Shown piece after piece: positions 53,123 to 64,000 of a DNA stretch of 64,000 bases. This stretch comes from a virus, in IMG/VR virus record IMGVR_UViG_3300025000_001646, positions 20,487 through 84,486 of that record, one strand, 5' to 3'. A program made the translations under genes and the position numbers. The notes under the pieces were generated by a model. That model made no database searches and was not told the origin of the DNA. It saw nothing but the letters and a program-made list of their open reading frames with translations. Position 1 is the stretch's first letter, and each line of letters opens with the position of its first letter.

Positions 53123-54973
53123 ATGGCAGTTTTAACTAGTGCAGTTGTAGCAGGTCAAACAGCTACGGCGGTACAATATAATAATCTAAGAAATGATGCT
53201 TTAACAGCTGGTCATATTAGTCTTCAGACTATTACTGGAGCAACTAAAACAGTAGTAGCAAACGAATGATACATTTCTCAAAATGATAGTGATAGAATAG
53301 TTTATACTTTACCTACAACAGCTAGTGTTGGAGATGTTTTTATAGTTACTGGAAAAGGTACTGCTGGCTGGAAAATTGCTCAAAATGCTTCTCAAATTAT
53401 TTATTTTTGAAAGGTTTCTACTACTACTTGAGCTAGTTGATACATTCAATCTACTTGAAACAATGATTCAGTTACATTAGTTTGCACTACTACTAATAAT
53501 GGTTGGACTGTAACAAATTCTATTTGAGAAATAACTTTAGATTCTGGTTGAACAAATAATGCTATTGACTGAATTATATGATGAGACGGAAGCGATGGTG
53601 CATTGTCAATCGGTGCTGGAGCAACTACAACTCTTAATACAAATCAAGTTTATAATTATAGTTCTATAGACATAAACGCAACAGGAACACTTGCTTTCAC
53701 AGGTGCTAATGGTGCGGCTCTTATAAACTGTAGTGGAGACGCTACAATCGCAGGAACAATAGAACTTCGCAATCTAGTAACAACTGCTTTCTCTGCCTAT
53801 ACCTCTAACAAGGATAGTCTGATGAGCGGAAGTGCTTATACTGCTGTAACTTATAATGCTGGTGGTGCAGGTGGTACAGCTGGTGGTGTTGCAGGTAATG
53901 GTGGAACAGGTGGAACATCTACTACTGCTTCTGGTACTCCTGGTACTGGTGGTGCAGGAGGAACTTCTGGTAGCAAAAATGGTGGAAATGGAGAAGGTGG
54001 TAATTCTACTACTGGAGGAGGAGGAGGCGGTGGTGGATACGGAGATGGAAATGGAACTGCTGGAGCTACAACTGCCAATACTAATGGAGGTGCTGGAGGT
54101 GCTGCTGATGCAACATCTACTGGTCCTGGTGCTGGAGGAGGCGGTGGTGGAGGTGGATTGACAACTGGAAACGGAGGTGCGGGTGGAGCTGGAGGAGCTA
54201 CTACTAGTGTAAGTGGTGGAGAAAACGGTGGAATAGGTGGTAACGGTGGTGCTTCTGGTGCTAGTGGTGGAAATGGAGGAAATGGTGGACAAGGAGGTGC
54301 TTGCACTAGAACTGTTTCTGGTATAGGAGGTAACGGTGGAGCTGCTTATGCTACTGGTGGTACTGGTGGTGCAGGTGGTGGAGCTAGTGATGATGGACAA
54401 GGTGCAGCAGGAGGAGTAGGAGGTAATTCTTCTCATGGAACTGGTGGTGTTGGCGGAACTGGAGGTAATACCGTTAATGGTAATATTGCTGGTGTTGGTG
54501 GAGCTGGAGGAAATGGAAGAATAGGAGGTGCTGGTGGAACTGGAGGTAACCCTGGTTCTTCTGGAGCTAATGGTGCAGCTGGTGGTGCAGGCGGTAATGG
54601 AACATCTGGATCAACTTGTCTAGCAATGTATGTAAAAGGAGATCTAACCATATCTGCAACTGTAACAGCTAGTGGTGGTAATGGAGGTAAAGGTGGAAAT
54701 GGTGGAAATGGATTTGGTGCTGGAGCTGGTGGGGCTGGAGGTGCTGGCGGAAGTGGTGGAGATGGAGCAGATATAATAATACTATGCAAAGGAACACTTA
54801 CTAATACAGCTACTATAACTAATACAGGTGGTAATGGTGGAACAGGAGGAACAGGAGGTAATGGTGGAGATACTAACTCTACAACTATTGGAAAATCAAA
54901 TGGACAAAATGGAACCAATGGAAGACAAGGTCGTGATGGTCGTAAAATAGTTGCTTCTATTACTAACCTTTAA
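53123..54973 (+). CDS. Glycine-rich tail fiber / receptor-binding protein
   Basis: N-terminal anchor with about 10 TGA, then TGA-free Gly-rich GGxGGxG repeats. Confidence 0.75.
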
Positions 54974-54978
54974 TCACT

Positions 54979-55287
54979 ATGTACATATTCTATAAACTTG
55001 ATACACTAAAAATAATGGGAATGTCTACAAATAAAAATTCTATGGAATTCCCTTCAATAGAAACAGAAGAAAATTACCATTCTACTTTTGATTTACAAAT
55101 AATCGAAGAGAATAATAAATATATAATAAAGCCAATTAATTTAACAATTAATGATGAAATAATCAGCGAATTAAATAAAAATAATAAAGTTTATATTGAT
55201 TGAAAGGAACAAGAAAATTGACAATTAATTTTAAATTGAAAAAAGATTAAAAAGGCTTGAAATAAAAAAATTAAAAGAGTAAAATAA
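54979..55287 (+). CDS. Hypothetical tail-associated protein (TGA=Gly)
   Basis: ORF 54979 extends through 4 TGA to TAA. Confidence 0.5.
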
Positions 55288-55315
55288 TAACGTTTAAGGT
55301 TAAATGATACTAAGG

Positions 55316-55341
55316 AATCTCTCATTCGTGGGAGATTTTTT
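55316..55341 (+). terminator. Rho-independent terminator
   Basis: AATCTCTCA-TTCG-TGGGAGATT followed by T run. Confidence 0.7.
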
Positions 55342-55408
55342 AGTTTTTTCTATTGCAAAAACTATTTAGAAAGTATAAAATATAAGTAAATACTAACATT
55401 TTTGCAAT

Positions 55409-55684
55409 ATGAATATAAATGATTTAATACCTTTCTGAACTAAAATACTTGTCAAAGTAATTAATCTTGAAGAAAAAGGCTGATTAAGTTTACCAGAGAC
55501 AGAAGAAAAACCATCTGTCCTTTTTTGAGAAGTATTAAAGGTTGGTAATGGTGTAAAGACTTTTAAGGAAGGTATGGTTGTTTTATTCGACAGGTACAAA
55601 TCAAATTACTGTCCTATTCCTTGAGACTTTAACGAATACAGATTTACAATGCCTAAATATATACTTTCTTACTTTACTAAATAA
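55409..55684 (+). CDS. groES: Co-chaperonin GroES (TGA=Gly)
   Basis: LIPF(tga)TKILVK, KG(tga)LSLP, (tga)EVLKVG.G, VLFDRY; directly upstream of GroEL. Confidence 0.8.
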
Positions 55685-57285
55685 TGGCTAAAATAGTTTA
55701 TTTAAACAACGAATGAAAACAAAAAGTCCTAAAAGGTATATTTACTGTTACTAATGCAGTTAAATGAACTCTTTGACCTAAATGACAAAATGTAATTCTA
55801 GACCAAAAGTTTTCTTACCCTAAAATTACTAACGACGGTGTTACAATAGCCAAAGAAATCGAATTAGAAGACCCTACAGAAGAGATTGGATGTAAGTTAA
55901 TAAAACAGGCAGCAATTAAAACAAACGACGAGGCTGGCGATTGAACGAGTACCTCAACTGTGTTTGCAGAAGCCATTATTACAGAATGATTAAAAGCTAT
56001 TGAGGCTGGTGCTTCTCCTATTTTACTCAAGAATAATATTATAAATATTTCAAATAAGGCAATAGAAATTATAAAGAGAAATGTTGTACCTATAACTAAA
56101 GAAGAAGAAATTATAAATGTAGCCACTATTTCATCTCAAGACGAAAATATTGGTAAAATTATTGCTGAAATTACCGACAAGGTATGAGAAAGCGGTGTAG
56201 TAACAACAGAAGAAATGGCAGAGGTAGGAATTAAAACCGAATTAGTAGAAGGATTAAAAATTGACAATGGTTATTTTTCACTTGATTTTGTTACTGACAG
56301 AAAGAGACTAGAGGCAGTTAGAAAAAATTCTAAGGTCTTTATTACAGATGATACAATTACTAGCGTAGAAGAAATGGCTAGTATTCTTCAAGCTCCTTTC
56401 AAGGCTAATTTTAAAGAGGTTGTTATTATTGCTTCAACAGTAGAAAAAGGGGCATTATATACGGCTCTCAAGAATCATATTGAGGGCAATATTTCTGTTC
56501 TAATTATTAAAGCTCCTTGATATGGAGACAGGAAAATCGAGATGTTAAAAGACATTGCTACTATTACAGGAGGCAAGGTAGTCTCTAAACAATTTGGAAG
56601 AGATTTAAAGAAGGTAACTATGGAAGATTTTGGAGAGGCTGAAACAATCAAGGCATATAAAAATTATTCTGTTATTATAGGCGGTAAAGGTAACAAGGAA
56701 GACCTAGAAAAAAGAAAAGAGGAAATACAATCTCTTATTGAACAAACTACTTCTGACTTTGAGAGGGACAAATACGCTCAACGCCTTTCTCTTCTTAACG
56801 GTGGAGTAGGTATAATCAAGGTAGGTGCTTCCTCTAAGATTGAACTTGATGAAATTAAATATAGAATAGAAGACGCTCTAAACGCCACTAAAGCCGCAAT
56901 AGAAGAAGGTATACTTCCTTGAGGTGGTACTTCTTATTTAAAGATTTTAAACGAATTAGATCAGTATAAGAATGGAGATATTAACAATGATATGGCAGTC
57001 AATATAATCCAGAACGCTCTTAAATACCCTTGTAAAACCATAGCTGAAAATGCTGGGAAAGATGGTGGTTATATTGTAGGAAAGGTTATGGAAAAATATG
57101 AAGATTTTAACTATGGTTATAATGCTAAAACAGATGTATTTGAGGACTTAATGGAGAGTGGAGTAATAGACCCTTTTAAAGTAATTAGATTAGCATTACA
57201 GAATGCCACTAGCGTAGCATCTATTTTCTTAACCACGAATACAATCGTAACAGATATAACAGATGTTGAAAAAGACAAATCATAA
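55684..57285 (+). CDS. groEL: Chaperonin GroEL (TGA=Gly)
   Basis: TL(tga)PK(tga)[18 protein letters not shown](tga)TSTS, KAP(tga)[14 protein letters not shown]. Confidence 0.93.
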
Positions 57286-57328
57286 CATAGATAGGCTATT
57301 TAAAATATTTGAGGAAGATAAAGTAATT

Positions 57329-57670
57329 ATGAAAAAATTTATTTACATAGATTTATGAATGCAAAAATTTTGAGAAGAAAAAAAATATTTACTTGTAGCC
57401 TTTCCTAGATGACAAATTTCAAGAGAGCTTGAATATGTTGGCGTTGGAAAAGACAAAGAAGAAGCTACATTTGATTTATTCGAGAGATACTTTTATTCTA
57501 CTAACGAGCCAAAAACTTACAGACAAATATGATTTTTTCTAAATATGAGCGGAGAATCAGTTAGACAGATTATGGACTGAACGAAAGAAAGCCAATTCAC
57601 TAATTCTATAATGGAAAAATTAAGACATAGTAATTTTAATAAAAAATGAATACTTACCAAAAAATATTAG
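57329..57670 (+). CDS. Protein with sigma-70 region 4-like HTH (TGA=Gly)
   Basis: EPKTYRQI(tga)FFLNMSGESVRQI...MEKLR. Confidence 0.55.
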
Positions 57671-58077
57671 ATTACATCAATCATTGAGTAGGCGTAATGT
57701 GAGAATATAAAGACAAAGAAGAAATACACATATATTTTTATGGATACTTTAATTGATTTTTGGTTTGTGTGGTAGTAAATTGAGATAGTTATATTCCAGC
57801 ACTTTATGATGAGAAAAAGATTAACGAAATAGACAAATATTTACAACTTATAAAACCTTTCAAAAAATAATGCAAGACATAAATAAATGCACATATTGTT
57901 GAGAAGAAAAGCCAAAAGATGTAAAATGGTATTGTACTTGGTTATGTCAGAATTGCAAAAAAATAAATGAGCCAAGAAAATATTTTACTCTTAGAGGAAG
58001 ACAATTATGGACTGAAAACAAAGTAACAGAAAGAAACAGCTTTACCGAAATTATTAACTCTTAATTTTATTTTAAAA

Positions 58078-58713
58078 ATGGATTTTAATGCCATTAAGCC
58101 TTATTCTAAAAACCCAAAAAAACATCCAGATGTTCAATTAAAAGCTATTGCTAATAGCATTAAAGAATTTGGTTGGAGACAGCCAATAGTAGTTTGAAAA
58201 GATTGAACTATTATTGTTTGACATTGAAGATATTTTGCTTACCAAAAATATAAAGATGAAATGTCTCTTCCAGAACCAAGAATAGAAGAAGCTAAAGACC
58301 TAGATGATAAAAAAATTACAGCTTATAGAATCGCCGACAACAAATTGAATGAATCAGACTGGGACATGGAAATATTAAAAGAAGAATTTCAAAAGATTGA
58401 TCCATTATTAATTGATATGACTTGATTTGATAATTCATTCATAAACATAAAAAAAGAAGAAATGGAAGTTTTGAACAATATTAAGGAAAACGAATTTTTA
58501 GAATATACTCAAGATGTTAAGGATTTCAACAAAAAGAATGAAGATGTTATATTAGAAAAACAAGGAATTAAATGAGAATATAAAGAAAGATTCCCTGTTA
58601 TTTTTTGGTTTGATGATGAGGAAGAATATAATTTAGTAAAAACATTTTTTCAAAAAGGTAATTGATTTGACAAAGAAAAGCTTATAGAAATTATGTGACT
58701 TACTAAAAATTAA
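58078..58713 (+). CDS. ParB N-terminal domain protein (TGA=Gly)
   Basis: IKPYSKNPKKH, SIKEFGWRQPIVV, IIV(tga)H(tga)R, AYRIADNKLNE. Confidence 0.85.
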
Positions 58714-58714
58714 T

Positions 58715-59452
58715 ATGATAAAAATTTGCATACCTTCCTTTAATAGATGGTATACCATAAAAGAAAATACGATAAATTTAGTAAAAGATTTATGATTTGA
58801 ACTTTATGTTTTTGTAGAAGATGAAAATAATTTTAATAATTATTCAAAAGAATTAGAATGATTAAATATTAAAATAATACAAACTAATACTAAAAAAATA
58901 GCACCTAAGAGAAATTTCATATTAAATTATTTTAAAGAATGAGATAAAATAGTAATGTTAGATGATGATATTAAATGAATGTATTATTGAGTAAAATGAA
59001 AAGAATTAATAAAAATGTCAGAAGATCAAATTAAGAAATTTATAGAATTGTGATTTTTATATTGTGAAAAAAATTTAATAAAATTATTCTGAGTATATCC
59101 AATAAAAAATAATTTTTTTATGAATAAATCTATAAAAAATGATTGATTCATAATTTGACAATTTATGTGAATAATTATAAATAATTTAAGATTTGATGAA
59201 ATAATAAATTCAAAAGAAGATTATGATTTTACTTTACAAAATATAAAAAAATTTTGAGCTGTGGCAAGATATCAAATGATTTGTTTGCAAGCTATGTGAA
59301 AAAAAAATAATAATAAATGATGATGTAACGAATATAGAAATGATAAAACAGAAAGTGAAGATTTTTTGTATATGAAAGATAAATGGTGAGACTATATAAG
59401 AGAAAATACAAAAAGAAAAAATGAAATAATTATTAATAAAATTATAAAATAA
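58715..59452 (+). CDS. TET-associated/GREB1-like glycosyltransferase (TGA=Gly)
   Basis: ICIPSFNR, KRNFIL, MLDDDI, KEDYDF, (tga)(tga)C. Confidence 0.7.
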
Positions 59453-60757
59453 ATGGATTATTACCAATCTCCAAGAATATCATGAGAATTTCTAGATTGT
59501 TCAATGCCAATGACATTTGATCAATATTCTAATTGTTGATATAACTGTCTTTATTGCTTTAGTACATTCCAAAGAGGTATATGACATTGTAAAGAAAATT
59601 ATTATTGAAATACGATTAAGCATGTTAATGTAGAAAAAATAAAGAAAATGTTTTTAGAAAAAAATCATAAAACATTTGGAAAAATAATAGAAAATAAAAT
59701 ACCAATGCAATGGTGATGACTATCTGATCCTTTTTGTCCGCTAGAAGAACAATTTTGAATTTGATATGAATTATTGCAATTCTTTAATGAAATAGAATAT
59801 CCTATTAGGTTTTCTAGTAAAACAGATTTATTTACTAGACCAGAAGGAAAAAAATATTTAGATTTATTAAAACAAAAACCTCATCTATGGTTTTATATGT
59901 CTAGTATTATTACTATGGATGAAGAAAAAGCTAAACTTATGGAATGAGATGTTCCTACTCCTAAAAAAAGATTTGAAAATTTAAAAGTGTTGTCTGATTT
60001 AGGTATTTACACCACTTTAAGATTGAGACCTTTTATTATTTGATTAAGCGACAAAACATTAGAACAAGAATTTAAAATGGCTAGCGAATCTTGAATTAAG
60101 GCTATTAGCACAGAGTTTTTTTGTTTAGAAAGAAGAATGACAGATCAACTTAAAAATAAATTTAATAAAATGAGTAAAATAATATGATTTGATATTATAA
60201 AGTTTTATGAAAAAGTTAGTTCTTGAAGCGGTTATTTAAGATTAAATTATGAAATAAAAAGAAAATATATTGATATAATGACAAAATTAAGCGAAAAATA
60301 TAATATAAGATTCCATTGTTCAGACGCTCAACATAAAGAAAAATCAATGAGTGGTTCTTGTTGCTGATTACCAGAAGATAATGAAATATTTAATAAATTT
60401 AATAAATGTCAATTTACAAATGCTTTAATGATAGCAAAGCAATCTAAAGATTATACTGTTAAATTTAGTGATATTTCTAAACATGATGTTTTTTTAAAAA
60501 CAATTCAATGGTCTAATGCAGAATGATTAAACCAATGAAATACTAGGAATAGAAATTTTAATAAATGAAAATCATTATTAGACTTTATGAGAATGTGTTG
60601 GAATAATCCAAATAGTGCAAAATCACCATATAAATATTTTGGTTGAATACTTAATCCTATATGATTAGATGAAAATAAAGACATTATTTATAAATTAGAT
60701 TTAGAAAAATCTAATATATCAAATTATTGTATGTGATGTTGAAATTGCAATAAATAA
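59453..60757 (+). CDS. Radical SAM protein, spore photoproduct lyase-like (TGA=Gly)
   Basis: FDQYSNC(tga)YNCLYCF (CxxxCxxC), W(tga)(tga)LSDPF, LRLRPFI, SCC(tga). Confidence 0.85.
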
Positions 60758-60781
60758 ATTTAATTAAAGGAGGAAAACAAA

Positions 60782-60946
60782 ATGAAAGAACAATGCCCAA
60801 TTTGCCAAAAAGTTGTTGAAAGTAATGTTATGATTAATTACGAAAAGTTTGGAAAGATGTTAAGAGTCTGTGACCAATGTACTAATAGAATGAATAGTGG
60901 AAAATATAATCATTACTTCAATTTTTTTAATGAGTTGGCTAAATAG
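60782..60946 (+). CDS. Small zinc-finger protein
   Basis: CPIC...CDQC; AGGAGG SD. Confidence 0.55.
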   Translation: MKEQCPICQKVVESNVMINYEKFGKMLRVCDQCTNRMNSGKYNHYFNFFNELAK

Positions 60947-60988
60947 AGGAGAAAATCCTCTATTTTAATCATATAACCTTTTATTAAT

Positions 60989-61525
60989 ATGAAAGTTAAA
61001 AATAAATATTCTCTCTATAAAGATGAGTTTATAAAAGAATATGTTTTGGGAAAAACTAAATCGGTAGCTGATTTCGCTAGACAAAAATGATGGATTAAAG
61101 CAAGTGATCCTTCTAATGTTAATTGAGCCATATTAGCCAATACAATAGGCTGGACTAATGAAGCTAAAGATGAGGTAGAAAGAATAAATAAAGAGACTAA
61201 AGAAAGAACAATGGTAGAACTTGAAAAAATAGACTATAATTCTATTGCTATAAAGAAAGAAGAGATTATAAAGGGTTGTACTTTCGGGCTTAAATATTTC
61301 TTTAAGGATTTAACAGATAGATATAAGGCTGGAGAAAGAATTTATGCTTGAGAAGCTAGAGTTATGTATGACATTCTTAATACAGAATTAGAACAATGGC
61401 AAAAAGTAAAACCAGCTGGAGAAAATGAACCTATAACTAAAATTCAATTATTACAGATTATTCACAACGAGATTTATAAACCTATGGAAGATGAAATTAT
61501 TAGAAAAAGTAACGAAAATAAATAA
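60989..61525 (+). CDS. Putative terminase small subunit (TGA=Gly)
   Basis: Immediately upstream of TerL; helical. Confidence 0.5.
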
Positions 61526-61527
61526 TT

Positions 61528-62997
61528 ATGCTAACAGATTTAGATTTACGAAAATGAGGTAACGATCTTTTTTGGTTCGCCGAAAATGTTTTTTCTAAGT
61601 CTTTCGATTATGAATTTAGGTCTTGACAACATATAAAGAATACTTGTGACTTATTGCAATATGAATTAAAGACTTGTAGAGTATCAGCCCGTGAGCATTT
61701 TAAATCTAGTTCATTATACCTTTTTTTGTTATATATACTGATGTATGTAACACCTTTGAAAGATTTAAAGGTTGGTTATTTTTCGTATACAAGCAAATTT
61801 TCTGGTAAACATATAAAAGAATTTAAAAAGATTGTCCAGAATAATCCTTATTTCAAAGATGTTATTGATTTAAAACAAAAAGCTGAAAGTCTGGCTGAAT
61901 ATACTTGGGACAATAAGCATACTTTAGAAATTTCTCCTTTTGGTATGCTTGAATTTACTCGTGGTCTACATCTTGACATTATATTGATTGATGACCCTTT
62001 CCAAGACCCAGAAAACTCTCTTAATCTTAGTAAGATTGAAAAGATTAACGAAATATTTAAGACTAATATTTTGCAAATGGGAAAAGGACAAAACACTAGA
62101 ATACATATAGTCGGCACGGCTCTTTCTCCTAAGGATTTTTATTTTGATGATGATTTAATGCACGAATTTAAAAGAGAAATATGGCCTGCAATTAAGAATT
62201 ATGAAAGAAAAGAAATTTTATGGCCAGAATATTGGACTTTCAAAGCATTAATGGGAAAGAAAAAAAGTGTTGGAGACAATACCTTCAACCAAGAATTTTG
62301 CTGCGTTCCTAAGTCAGTAGACGAAGGTTTTTTTAAGAAGGAAGAAATAGATGCAGTTTCTAAAAAAGAACTTATTAATCACGATATAAATGTTTTAAGA
62401 GACACCAAAGCTGATATAATAGCTTGATTTGATATTGGTAAAAAAGCACATGTGTCTTCTCTTAGTATTTTTGAAGTCAATCATTCACAAAAAAAAGTTA
62501 AGCAAATTCATCAAATTTTTATGGAGAAATGGAATTATTCAAATTGATCTGAATTTATTCCTCAAAAACCTACTCAAATTGAATATTTAAAAAAGGCAAT
62601 ACAAAATTTTAAAATTGATAGTTTATTTTATGACAATACTAGAGGAGAATTTGAAATTTATGCAGAACAACATATGCTCCCAAGAGAAATGAAGCCAGTA
62701 GTTTTTAGTAGTAAAGAAAAAAATAAAATGGCTACACAATTCGCTACACTAGTCTATAATAGAAAAATAGAATTGATTGAAGATGAAGATTTAAAGAAGT
62801 CTTTATTGATGGTTATGGGTGATTTAAATTCAGTTTCTTTTGGTTGATTTCATGGAGATGCTTTTTGGTCTATATGTTTAGCCCTGAAAGACTTGTCTGT
62901 ACAGTCTCTTATGAGCGATAATATAAATATATACATGAATGAAATTGATGGTGGTTGAAAATGAATTATAGACAGTTGACTTCCAAAAGGCTGGTAA
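61528..62997 (+). CDS. terL: Terminase large subunit (TGA=Gly)
   Basis: SAREHFKS Walker A variant, RGLHLDIILIDDP, VGT, FNQEF, A(tga)FDIG, HGDAFWS. Confidence 0.88.
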
Positions 62998-63020
62998 TTA
63001 TATTATAAATTTTTCTCTAT

Positions 63021-64000
63021 ATGAAGCTGTTAGATAGATTTAAAAAAGCAGTTACTCAAACTTCTGTAATAAAAGAAGCTAAGTGACTAGACGACAAAAT
63101 GCTTACAAAAGAAATATGATTTGCAAGAGAATGAACACTTTGAACTTATAATGAAGAAGAAAATCCAGACACATTAAAGGTCGAAGACTATATAAAAATG
63201 CAGGAAAATGATGGAGAGGTTAGAGCTATTGTTAGGCTTCTTACTCTTCCTATAACTTCATCTCTTCCAAGTTTACAACCTCACAAAGACGACAATTGAG
63301 AAAAAGAATTTATTGAGACAGTGTTATTTTCGCCGTCTTCTCTTGGTGGTATGTCTACACCTTTTCAGTTAATTCTATCCGACATGTCAAGGGCTATTAC
63401 AGAAGGTTTTAGATTATATGAAAAAGTTACTCAAATAATACCAGAATGAAAATATAAAGGTATGATTGGTTGGAAAAAATTAGCTCCTAGAGATGCTAAA
63501 ACTATTGAGATTGTAGCTGATGAACACGGCTGATTTGGAGGTGCTAGACAACAAGCTACCTTTGGAAATAAAACCATAGACATTGTTATTCCACCAGAAA
63601 AATGTTTTCTATATACTTTTCAGAAAGAAAAACATTGGCTTTATGGAGAGTCAATTCTCAAATCAATTCAATACCATTATGACAAAAAACATAAACTTTA
63701 TTACATAGCTCACAAGAAAGCCGAGCTTGATGCTCTTGGCACTCGTGTTCTTTATTTAAAAGACGCTAATATTCCAGAAGATGCTAGATTAAGAGCTGAA
63801 AAAGTAATTGATGCCTCCAGTGTTTTTAATAGAATTACTTTACCTCAACAATATTTCGAATTAGATATAAAATACCCGAGTGGCTGATACGATGTTTTAC
63901 CAATGATTAAGCACCACGACGGGCAAATGGCAAAAGCTGCCCTTTGTCAATTCTTAGAGTTAGGAAATAATGGAACTGGTAGTTGGGCATTAAGTCAAGA
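63021..64000 (+). CDS. Portal protein, DUF935/Mu gp29-like (3' truncated; TGA=Gly)
   Basis: YIKMQENDGEV, GFRLYEKV, LAPRD, YGESILK, HHDGQMAKAALCQFL.LG..GSWALS. Confidence 0.8.

Noticed and set aside
53774-54918. Pro-rich, Ser/Thr-rich and Val-rich alternative ORFs
   Set aside because: Shadows of the Gly-rich fiber gene.
55684-57285. TGA=Trp (code 4) or selenocysteine
   Set aside because: TGA aligns with invariant Gly (TLGPKG, GDGT), Trp is encoded by TGG, and the TCA tRNA has Gly identity and no long variable arm.
8100-64000. Integrase, release factor, aminoacyl-tRNA synthetase, major capsid protein
   Set aside because: No recognisable motifs in this window; they may lie outside it (the portal runs off the end).

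Overview
This is about 64 kb of an AT-rich, tailed (siphovirus-like) bacteriophage genome that appears to use two genetic codes. In the sugar, phosphonate, lysis, structural, chaperonin and packaging genes (about 1-7.5 kb and 32.4-64 kb), TGA sits in-frame at invariant glycines (DIGCGP, GFIGQGWIG, TLGPKG, HNGVD, IDGDG), so TGA=Gly as in code 25. This is why the supplied ORF track is fragmented there. The early/replication block (about 8.1-32.3 kb) is almost free of in-frame TGA and uses GGA/GGT instead. The phage encodes its own opal-decoding tRNA-Gly (anticodon TCA, 37900-37974) with an atypical but compensated elbow. The M23 endolysin is the most TGA-dense gene I counted. A second striking element is a lone Cas7/RAMP-like gene (25946-26488) flanked by three non-coding arrays of 5-nt units (fixed NTT, variable NN), a candidate programmable RNA-guided system. 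Also present: a complete phosphonate (PepM/Ppd/Fe-ADH/cytidylyltransferase/TagF-like) operon, RmlABCD and glycosyltransferases, GroES/GroEL, a ParB-glycosyltransferase-radical SAM cluster, tail genes, terminase and the start of the portal. All calls come from manual translation and motif recognition; no searches were run.
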